Below are positions 56,403 through 64,000 of a stretch of 64,000 nucleotides of DNA, piece by piece. The position numbers and the translations under genes are program-made. The DNA comes from Bradymonadia bacterium (GTDB lineage Bacteria; Myxococcota_A; Bradymonadia; UBA7976; UBA1532), in contig JBKAGE010000052.1 of assembly GCA_046290225.1 (NCBI GenBank), forward strand, positions 11,512 to 75,511. Reading direction: 5' to 3'. The first letter of the stretch is position 1, and every line of letters begins with the position of its first letter. The notes under the pieces were generated by a model. It had not been told where the DNA came from and searched no databases. It saw only the letters and a list, made by a program, of their open reading frames with translations.

Positions 56403-56539
56403 GAGCTTCTTCTGTATCTTGTTGCTGAAATCCACCGGGACTCGACCTGCCGCGAACGTGTAAGCTTCTGAACATCAAACGCTCGGCGAAAGCCCCAACA
56501 GCGTTGGGGATACCTTCAAAGCCACACCAGAACTGACTT

Positions 56540-56726
56540 TTTACGCAGGGGAGCGAGCGAATAGGGCGAAGCCCTGAGCGACCCTGCCTACCCGGAGGCC
56601 TGCTCGCGCCAGCGAGTGTGCCGACGTGTACGCAGCTCCAAGGCGGGCCGAAGGCCGGCCGACAAAGCTGCCTACGCAGGCAGAGCGAAGCGATGACTGC
56701 CTACAAGGGCCCAGCCGCAGCATCCG
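56540..56726 (-). repeat. ~190-bp structured repeat, copy B (inverted)
   Basis: Reverse complement begins CGGATGCTGCGGCTGGGCCCTTGTAGGCAGTCATCGC and ends GCTCGCTCCCCTGCGTAAA, as copy A does. Confidence 0.9.
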
Positions 56727-56807
56727 CAAGGTTGATGCTCTTTTTCGGTCACAGCCCCATCGCCCGCCCGTCGAACACCGTGAGCATCCACCACAAAGGA
56801 GTTCACG

Positions 56808-57458
56808 ATGTTCACGTATCTCGCCCTCTCCATCCTCGCCAGCACGGTCACTGAGCCCACTCCGGTACTTGAGATCGCCATCTACACCGTGCACACGCCC
56901 GACGCCTTCGCCGAGATTCAGAAGAGAGCACATCGCGATCTGAAGAACGTAGATGGCTATCAAAGCAGCCTCGCGCTGCGATCAGCCAACCAGAAAGACC
57001 ACTTCGCCGACGTCGTCTTGTGGCGCAGCCTCGCTGAAGCCAAAGCTGCTGCTGCGGCCATGGAGAAGCACCCGAAGATGGCCAGCTTCATGGCAGGCAT
57101 CAAGACGCTCGAGGTCATGACTCACGTACACCCTCAAGGCACAGATGCCACCCTGCCCGAAGCTCTCGTGAACGGTCAGGTGTTGGAGATGGCGGTGAGC
57201 AAGGTGCCCTCTGCAGAGACCTTTATGCCGCTTCAGAAGGAGATTCACAGTCATCTGCGGACGCTGAAGCCCGTCGTCGCGGCCACCCCACTTGTGCCCG
57301 CAGAGTCCGGGGTGTTCATCGACATGATCACGTGGTCAGATCAGCCCAGCGCCCATCAAGTCGGAGAGAAGATGATGGCCGATCCGAAGTTCAAGTCGTT
57401 CTTCGCTGCTGCCCCCGAGCCCCCCGTGGTCTTCGACTTCTTCGTGCACACCCCATGA
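56808..57458 (+). CDS. Exported protein with two ABM-like (dimeric alpha/beta barrel) repeats
   Basis: Internal duplication VLE.A...D...W.....A......M...P....F; AAGGAG RBS. Confidence 0.65.
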   Translation: MFTYLALSILASTVTEPTPVLEIAIYTVHTPDAFAEIQKRAHRDLKNVDGYQSSLALRSANQKDHFADVVLWRSLAEAKAAAAAMEKHPKMASFMAGIKTLEVMTHVHPQGTDATLPEALVNGQVLEMAVSKVPSAETFMPLQKEIHSHLRTLKPVVAATPLVPAESGVFIDMITWSDQPSAHQVGEKMMADPKFKSFFAAAPEPPVVFDFFVHTP

Positions 57459-58345
57459 GTCACCCCTTCGACATCGACGAGCAGTCTCCGAGCGATGCGA
57501 CGCTCATCGAGCAGGCCACCGCCGGTGACCGAGAGGCGCTGAGCACGCTGATTCAGCGTCATCGGCCCTGGATCTATGCGCTCTCTCAGCGTCTGGTGCT
57601 CAGCCCCGTAGATGCAGAAGATCTCACCCAAGAGGCCCTGGTGCGCATCATCACCCGCTTGGGGCAGTTCGAAGGTCGCTCACGGTTCACCACCTGGGCG
57701 TGGCGCATCGTGGTGAACCGGTTCCGCGATCTCAGCCGGCGGCCCATGGAGCAGGCCATCACCACCTTCGAGGCCTATGGGGAAGAGCTCGACGCCATGC
57801 CCCTCGAGCCTCTCGCCTGGCGTGGCGGTGATCCTGAGAAGGCCCTCATCGTCGAGGAGGCGAAGCTCGGGTGCATGCTGGGCATGTTGTTGTGTCTGGA
57901 TCGCGAGCAGCGCCTGGCCTTCGTGCTCGGCGAGGTGTTCGAAGCCCCCGCTGCTGTGGCCGCAGAGATTCTCGAAGTGAGCCCGGCGACGTTTCGCAAG
58001 CGCCTGCAGCGCGCCCGTAGAGATCTGCACGCCTTCATGCAGAGCAAGTGCGGGCTCGTGAAGGCGGCGAACCCATGTCGGTGCAGCCACAAGGCCAACG
58101 CCTTCATGCGGGCAGGCTGGCTCGACCCGGAGTCGCTGAAGTTCACCGGGGCTCACGTGGACCGGATACGAACCGAGGCGCAGAGGCAGTGCGCGGATGT
58201 CGACGCCCTCACCGAGGCGGCGTATAGCGTGCTGTTTCGGGCGCACCCGCTGGGGCGCCCTCAGGCCCTGGTGGTGGAAGATCTCACCGCGTTGCTGTCT
58301 ACACCCGCGGCAGTGAGGCTGCTCGCCGGGGGGTCGAAGGGCTGA
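57455..58345 (+). CDS. ECF sigma factor with Cys-containing C-terminal extension
   Basis: A..GDREAL..L, DAEDLTQE, F.TW.WRI..N, CGLVKAANPCRC; ATGA overlap with upstream gene. Confidence 0.9.
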   Translation: MSHPFDIDEQSPSDATLIEQATAGDREALSTLIQRHRPWIYALSQRLVLSPVDAEDLTQEALVRIITRLGQFEGRSRFTTWAWRIVVNRFRDLSRRPMEQAITTFEAYGEELDAMPLEPLAWRGGDPEKALIVEEAKLGCMLGMLLCLDREQRLAFVLGEVFEAPAAVAAEILEVSPATFRKRLQRARRDLHAFMQSKCGLVKAANPCRCSHKANAFMRAGWLDPESLKFTGAHVDRIRTEAQRQCADVDALTEAAYSVLFRAHPLGRPQALVVEDLTALLSTPAAVRLLAGGSKG

Positions 58346-58462
58346 ACTTCCTCAGCAGGCTGAGGGAATGAGATAGTTTTGCTGAACGGATGTTCAATGT
58401 TTGGTTGACGCAGTGCGACCAGATATGGAACTGATCCCTTCAGTGATGCCTACGAGTCCCAG

Positions 58463-59455
58463 ATGAGTACACCCTCACACGACGAAACCACCCATCATCT
58501 GCTGCTCGCTGCTCTGGGTATCTCTCCAGAGTGCACGGGTGGTCGGTTCAGACTCTCGAAGGCCCAGCTCAAAGGGGCAGACCTCCAAGCTGCAAATCTC
58601 AAAGAGGCCGATCTCACAGGTGCTGTATTGGAGGGGGCGAACCTCAAAGGGGCGATCCTACAGTGGGCTCAGTGCGAACACGCCAGCTTCGAGGGGGCGA
58701 ACCTCGAAGGCGCCGATCTTCGAGAGGCCTACCTCAAATCGGCCGATCTGAGGCAGGCGAATTTGGAGAAGGCAGATCTGCGGGGAGCGGTTTTATATCG
58801 CGCGATCTTGGAGGGTGCACACCTCGCGGGTGCATCTCTTCAAGGGGCTGATCTTCTGCTCGGCAACTTGCAGCGGACAAACTTGAGAGGCGCCGATCTT
58901 GAAGGTGCGCTTCTCTCGTTTGCGCACCTGGAGCAGGCAAATCTCGTAGGCGCGAACCTTCAACGCGCTCAGCTCGTCGAAGCCAACTTGGAAGGGGCAA
59001 ACCTTGAAGACGCTGATCTTCGGGAGGTTTACCTCGCCGAGGTGAGATTGGAGGGGGCTCGGTTCGGCGGGGAGCACGTACCGGGATGGATCAGGGCAGC
59101 TTTGGACGACGACGGCCGGTTTTCGCAGGTTGCCCTGATCTCGAACATCAAAGGTGGCCACAGAGAGCTGGCCAGCGCTGACCTCAGGGGCGCCAGATTG
59201 GAGGGCACGCATCTCGAAGGCGCAGACCTTACGGGCGCCGACCTCAGAGATGCACATCTCGAAGAGGCGCATCTTCAGGGGGCGAGCTTGCGGAAGGTCG
59301 ACTTGCGCGGTGCCAGCTTGCGTGGAGCGGACCTTGAAGGGGCTGATCTTGAGGGGGCCAATCTCAAGGACACATGTCTGGAGGGCGCACATCTCGAAGG
59401 CGCAAACCTGCAGGGTGTAAGCTATACCGGGATCGTCGTCCCCCAGGGGGGTTGA
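58463..59455 (+). CDS. Pentapeptide repeat protein
   Basis: Two long blocks of A(D/N)L(E/R)G repeats. Confidence 0.93.
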   Translation: MSTPSHDETTHHLLLAALGISPECTGGRFRLSKAQLKGADLQAANLKEADLTGAVLEGANLKGAILQWAQCEHASFEGANLEGADLREAYLKSADLRQANLEKADLRGAVLYRAILEGAHLAGASLQGADLLLGNLQRTNLRGADLEGALLSFAHLEQANLVGANLQRAQLVEANLEGANLEDADLREVYLAEVRLEGARFGGEHVPGWIRAALDDDGRFSQVALISNIKGGHRELASADLRGARLEGTHLEGADLTGADLRDAHLEEAHLQGASLRKVDLRGASLRGADLEGADLEGANLKDTCLEGAHLEGANLQGVSYTGIVVPQGG

Positions 59456-62400
59456 TGCTTTCCGATTCCAGCGAGGCGCAGGGGCTCTCTGCCTGCTTGA
59501 CGGCGGCCCCTTGGGGGCGCACCCTCACCCCCATGAATGCCGCCGACCATTCGAGGATCAGCCCTCGCTACTGGCTGAGCCCGTCACAGGTGGGCCGCTA
59601 CTTCTTCCACGAGTGCGATCGGCACCTGCGTTACCTCGCCACCCCCGAGAGCCGGGCCCTCGACGAGGGCATCCCGCTCATCGAGACCGCCTCGATGGCC
59701 TCCGAAGCCCTCGTGCAAGGTGGCTACACCTGGGAACACCGCGTGCTCACCGAGCGCCTCGGTGATCGCGTGCACATCGCCGACGGGGATGGCCCCCTGC
59801 ACGACCGGCGCTACGGCTTCAAAGAGACGCTGAAGAAGCTCGCCGAGCTCGATCGCAACGAGTACCTGTTTCAGCCGACGCTCATCCCGCCGGCGGGCTT
59901 CCTCACCCGTTATGGCCTGCCCACCGAGCTCGTGGGGCTGCGGGTGTGCAGGCCCGATCTCATCGGCCGCGACGAGTCTGGCCGCCTGCGCCTCGTGGAC
60001 ATCAAAGCCAGCGAGATGCTCAAGGCCAGCCACCGCGTGCAGATCGCCATCTACGCGCTGCTGCTGCAGGCCATCTGCGACGCCCACGACATCGATCGAG
60101 AGGTCGATCTGCAAGAAGGCTCGGTCTGGCTCTATGGCGCCGTGGCGCCGGAGACCTTCGATCTCGCCATGACCATCGCCACCGTGGAGGACTTCCTCGG
60201 TGGCAGCCTCGCCGAGCTGCTGCAGACGCCCGCCCCCGACTCCCGATGGCACCTCGACTATCGCTGCGAGTGGTGCCCGTACTACGCCAACTGCCGTCAG
60301 CAGGCCGAAGAGGGCGCCAGCGTGTCGCTGCTGCCCTATCTCTCCACTGGGGCACGGCAGTTCTTGTGGGACGGCGCCTGGGAGGGCGGCACGCCGGTGC
60401 ACACCCTCGACGAGCTGCACGATGTGCTCGCCGATCGCAAGAACACCCCCACCCTCGAGCGTTTCAGCGCCTTCAAGGGGCGCCTGGGGCAGCTGAGGCG
60501 GGCGGTGCACGCCCTGAGGGCTGGCCAGGTGGTGCTCCAAGCCCGGAGTACCCCCATCATGCCCCGGGGCGAGAACGTGCGGGTGGTGCTCACGCTGCAA
60601 CGTGATCCGCTGAGCGGGCGCATCTTCGCCGCCGGCGTGCGGCGCATGTTCGGCTACAAGGTCTATGGCAATCACAGCGCCGATCATCTCGAGGTGGCCG
60701 CTTCGGAAGAGCAGTGCGACGCCGTGCGCCACGGCTTCATCCAGGCCCTGCACCGAGAGCTCGAGGGGCTGCACGATTACAACCATGGCCGCGAGTGGCG
60801 CGATCAGCTCGGGCTACAGACCTACGTCTACGACAGCTATGAGCAGTCGCTGCTCTTCGAGTGCCTGATGGAGGCCCTGGAGCACGATCCTCCGGACATC
60901 AGGCGCAAGGCCCTCGACCTGTTGCTGCTCTATCAGTCTGCCCGATGCGCACAGGCCGAAGAGCACCCACAAGACGTCGTGGCGTTCCCCGTGGTGGTGC
61001 TCACCACGGTCATTCGCTCGATCTTCGCGTTGCCGATCCCCGTGGCGCTACCCCTCGGGCCTGTCTCCGAGGTGTTGCAGCCCAACCGGTACCCTTCGGT
61101 CTACGCGGGCCACCCTACGCTGTGCTTCGAGCTGTCGAATGCCATGCGAACCGACGCCCTCATCGAGGCGTGGCGGGATCCCGAGACCGGGGCGCCCATG
61201 CTCGCCGACGAGGCCCTCATCGACGAGATCAGGGGTGATCTGCACGCCCGGCTGCGGGCCGCCGGCAGCCTCGTCGACGGCATCCGAGATCGAGCCCGCG
61301 CGCAGCTCTTTGCCTGGCCGCCGAAGTTCTCCCTGCCATCGCCCTCACCCTTCAGGGACGAGCTGCTCAGCCGGATCGCCTTTGTGGTGCGGTACGAGAG
61401 CTTCATCGGGGCGCTGGAGGTGCGCCAAAGCCGCACCGCGCCACTCAAGGAGCGCCTGAGAGCCGGCGAGAGCCTCGCCCTCGAATACCTCGGAGATCAG
61501 CGTTACCGGCTGCTCTACCCCGTAGAGCTGGCGCTGTTCTCCATCAGCGACTTCCCCGATCGTCTGCTCGTCGTCGAAGGCGAGGCTGGCGAGCGGGCGC
61601 AGATGGCCTACGATGACTATGACTGTCGCTCGAGGATGGGCAGCCCCAAGGGGGGCATGATCTGGCTCGCCGCGGCAGTGCAGGTCCTCGACGAGCAGGG
61701 TGGCTATGTCCGGGAGATCAAGGTGCGACCCAACCGCATCAAAGACGATCCGCGGCTGCCAGAAGAAGGCCAACGCTACCTGCTGCATCACCGGTACACC
61801 GACTTCACCAGCGACAAGCTCATCAATCACCTGATGGATCTCGACACGACGCCCGAGGCACCCTTCAACGCGCTGATTCGGGATCCCCAGGCATTCGCCG
61901 GTGATGTGGTGATGCCCAAGGCGGTTCGGGAGACCCTCAAGGACGAGCTGAGCGGCGACGCCGCTGGGGCCCTGACCCCGAGCCAGCAGGCGGCCTTCGA
62001 GCAGGTGGCCCACCGTCGGCTGTCGCTGATCTGGGGCCCGCCGGGTACAGGCAAGACCTACTTCCTCGCCCGAGCGATCTTGTCTTTGGTGAGCGCGTAT
62101 CGTCGCGCGGGCTTCACCCTGAGGGTGGGGGTCACCGCCTTCACCCACACCGCCGTGGAGAACCTGCTCGCCGAGATCAGAGCGCTGTCTCAGGATGATC
62201 CCGATGCCCCCGAGGTGCTCAAGCTCAAGGCCATCACCTCACCCCGAGGCTGTGGGCTCAAGGTGCTCCCGGAGAACCGGACCATCAAGGTCGAAGGCCC
62301 GGCGGTCTTTGGTGGCACGGTCTATTCGCTCTACAAAGCGGCGAAGAAGAACCTGCCCCCCCTCGACGTGTTGGTGGTGGACGAGGGCTCGCAGCTGAAG

Positions 62401-63396
62401 CTCGCAGAGACGGCGCTGTCCCTCGAGTCGCTCAGCGAGGCCCTGAAGCTCAGCGCAGGTCGCCTGGTGATCGCCGGTGATCACTTGCAGTTGCCGCCGA
62501 TCATCAAGGGCAGCTACCCGCCCCCAGAGGAAGAGGAGTCGGGCCTCGAAGATTCGGTCTTCAGCTACCTGTATCACCGCGACTCGGAAGAGGCGCCCTA
62601 CACCCGCCAGCTCTATGAGAACTGGCGCATGAACGATGTGTTGTCGCAGTTCTCCGCCCAGACGCTCTATGGTGATGCCTACCAGCCCGCTCGGGCGGAG
62701 ATCGCCGAGCGGCGGCTCGAGCTGTTGCCCGCAGCACCTTCTGCTCCAGAAGGCCCCGAAGGGCTCATGGCTGATCTCGCCACGTGGTTGCTCGATCCCG
62801 AGTATCCAATGGCGCTGTGCGTGCTGGAGGGGGTGCTCGCCGCTGCAGAGAACCCCGTGGAGGCGGCGCTCGTGGCGGCGGTCTCCGACGCGCTGCGCCG
62901 CCGGTTGATCCTCGACGGCGACGGTCCGCTCCCCGACACTCCGCAAGGGGACGAGCACTTCTGGCGCAAGGGCCTCTTCGTGGTGAGTCCTCACCATGTG
63001 CAGATCCGCGCCATCTACAAGGCGCTGCAAGAGCGTCGTGAGTGGTTGGCGAACCCTTTTGTCGACACTGTTGACAAGATGCAGGGCCAGCAGGCGGAGG
63101 CGGTCATCGTGAGCTATGGGGTGAGCGATGTGGAGACTGCTGCGCAAGAGGCGGCCTTTATCTACAGCCTCAATCGCCTGAACGTGTCGGTGACCCGTGC
63201 ACGGGCGAAGTGCGTGGTGTGTCTGCCGCGTCCGTTGCTCAAGCCGACCTTGCCCGTGCTGACACACCCTGATGCGGCCGAGGGGCTCGGGCACATGCAT
63301 CAGCTGACGCGATTCGTCTCCGAAGGGGAGCAGCGGCGGATTGCGTTGTCCGATTTGGGGCTGGGGCAGGGCGCGTTGATGGCCTGGCGGTTGTAG
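59455..63396 (+). CDS. RecB-type PD-(D/E)XK nuclease fused to SF1 (Dna2/Upf1-like) helicase
   Basis: RPDLI...VDIK...H..QIAIY; CEWCPYYANC; GPPGTGKT, DEGSQ, GDHLQLPP, TVDKMQGQ, NRLNVSVTRAR; start 59455 (TGATG overlap) or 59533. Confidence 0.9.
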   Translation: MLSDSSEAQGLSACLTAAPWGRTLTPMNAADHSRISPRYWLSPSQVGRYFFHECDRHLRYLATPESRALDEGIPLIETASMASEALVQGGYTWEHRVLTERLGDRVHIADGDGPLHDRRYGFKETLKKLAELDRNEYLFQPTLIPPAGFLTRYGLPTELVGLRVCRPDLIGRDESGRLRLVDIKASEMLKASHRVQIAIYALLLQAICDAHDIDREVDLQEGSVWLYGAVAPETFDLAMTIATVEDFLGGSLAELLQTPAPDSRWHLDYRCEWCPYYANCRQQAEEGASVSLLPYLSTGARQFLWDGAWEGGTPVHTLDELHDVLADRKNTPTLERFSAFKGRLGQLRRAVHALRAGQVVLQARSTPIMPRGENVRVVLTLQRDPLSGRIFAAGVRRMFGYKVYGNHSADHLEVAASEEQCDAVRHGFIQALHRELEGLHDYNHGREWRDQLGLQTYVYDSYEQSLLFECLMEALEHDPPDIRRKALDLLLLYQSARCAQAEEHPQDVVAFPVVVLTTVIRSIFALPIPVALPLGPVSEVLQPNRYPSVYAGHPTLCFELSNAMRTDALIEAWRDPETGAPMLADEALIDEIRGDLHARLRAAGSLVDGIRDRARAQLFAWPPKFSLPSPSPFRDELLSRIAFVVRYESFIGALEVRQSRTAPLKERLRAGESLALEYLGDQRYRLLYPVELALFSISDFPDRLLVVEGEAGERAQMAYDDYDCRSRMGSPKGGMIWLAAAVQVLDEQGGYVREIKVRPNRIKDDPRLPEEGQRYLLHHRYTDFTSDKLINHLMDLDTTPEAPFNALIRDPQAFAGDVVMPKAVRETLKDELSGDAAGALTPSQQAAFEQVAHRRLSLIWGPPGTGKTYFLARAILSLVSAYRRAGFTLRVGVTAFTHTAVENLLAEIRALSQDDPDAPEVLKLKAITSPRGCGLKVLPENRTIKVEGPAVFGGTVYSLYKAAKKNLPPLDVLVVDEGSQLKLAETALSLESLSEALKLSAGRLVIAGDHLQLPPIIKGSYPPPEEEESGLEDSVFSYLYHRDSEEAPYTRQLYENWRMNDVLSQFSAQTLYGDAYQPARAEIAERRLELLPAAPSAPEGPEGLMADLATWLLDPEYPMALCVLEGVLAAAENPVEAALVAAVSDALRRRLILDGDGPLPDTPQGDEHFWRKGLFVVSPHHVQIRAIYKALQERREWLANPFVDTVDKMQGQQAEAVIVSYGVSDVETAAQEAAFIYSLNRLNVSVTRARAKCVVCLPRPLLKPTLPVLTHPDAAEGLGHMHQLTRFVSEGEQRRIALSDLGLGQGALMAWRL

Positions 63397-63431
63397 CGCG
63401 AGCCTTGATGAATTGAGCTGGAGGGCAGCAA

Positions 63432-63905
63432 GTGGAACATCGACCTAGCATCAAAGCAGAGACTCTGCACGTCGACGAGCTCGTAAACCGGGCGTTCAGT
63501 GGCCATATTCGAGTGCCGCGTTTTCAGCGTGGTTTGAAGTGGCGCGACACAGACGTACAAAAGCTCTTCGACAGCATTCATCGAGGGTTTCCCGTCGGCA
63601 CCCTTCTGATGTGGAGTCGGCGTGCAGAGAGCGAGATGGTCCAATTTGGGCAGACTCGGATCGACGCCCCCGCAACCGATGATGCATGGTGGGTCGTTGA
63701 TGGCCAGCAAAGGCTGACAAGCCTTGTCGCGGGTCTAAAACATCCCAACCCCGAAGACCGCGAAGATCAATTTGTGGTGTATTACGATCTACAACCAGAA
63801 GAGGGGAAGCCTCGATTTTTCAGGCCCAACCGCCTTAGGGAGGCGACGCCTTTTTGCTTGCCCATCGCTAAGTGTTTGGACCCTGCTGGCTTTCAGGAGT
63901 GGTGA
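63432..63905 (+). pseudogene. DUF262 (GmrS/ParB-like) domain gene, apparently truncated by IS insertion
   Basis: VPRFQR...W, LFDSI.RGFPVGTLLMW, VDGQQRLTSL; stop codon coincides with the first bases of an IS-like end. Confidence 0.72.
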
Positions 63906-64000
63906 GGTGGACCCCATTGGTTGGACAGTAAATCAGCGATCCTTATGTGACAACTGGAGTTGCCACCCGTCGCCGAAATATGCGCTCGCGGGCGTGGCGT
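63903..64000 (-). mobile_element. Right end of a probable IS3-family insertion sequence (continues past window)
   Basis: TGAGGTGGACCCCATTGGTTGGACAG resembles IS3 terminal IRs; minus strand encodes ...ATPASAYFGDGWQLQLSHKDR* like an IS3 transposase C-terminus (TP...Y). Confidence 0.7.

Noticed and set aside
56216..56963. ORFs 56216..56401 and 56541..56963 sharing MLRLGPCRQSS
   Set aside because: Similarity is explained by the inverted DNA repeat; the middles are not conserved as protein
59455..60300. Cas4 / CRISPR-Cas locus
   Set aside because: The Cas4-like Cys pattern is part of a nuclease-helicase fusion; no array or other cas genes in the window

Overview
High-GC bacterial DNA; the Cys-rich lipoproteins, PEGA/Ser-Thr kinase modules and MopE-type repeats suggest Myxococcota or a related predatory lineage (inference). 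The main signal is a dispersed but apparently co-regulated secreted system at ~5.5-38 kb. It comprises a 1975-aa Cys-rich lipoprotein with a Tc-toxin A (TcA)-like C-terminal half, a signal-peptide-bearing SpvB/FG-GAP/RHS (TcB-TcC-like) fusion with a Pro-rich cargo, a small lipoprotein, a second Cys-rich lipoprotein and three mosaic fibre-like paralogs. Six of these seven genes are preceded by the same bipartite motif TGCGGG(T/A)(T/A)T-N13-CGCATC, and a kinase-coupled TIGR02999/ECF43-type sigma factor lies among them. Other notable items: two Rpn-like paralogs with conserved internal SD+ATG (probable genes-within-genes, one with an 11x MASE repeat); a ~190-bp structured inverted repeat pair; a split pentapeptide gene; a Dna2-like nuclease-helicase; and a DUF262 gene cut by an IS3-like end. 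Housekeeping/accessory genes include acnA (partial), ALDH, amidase, HAD hydrolase, LysR, lycopene cyclase, GDPD and a pentaheme cytochrome. No rRNA, tRNA or CRISPR array was recognised. All family calls are by eye, with no database searches.
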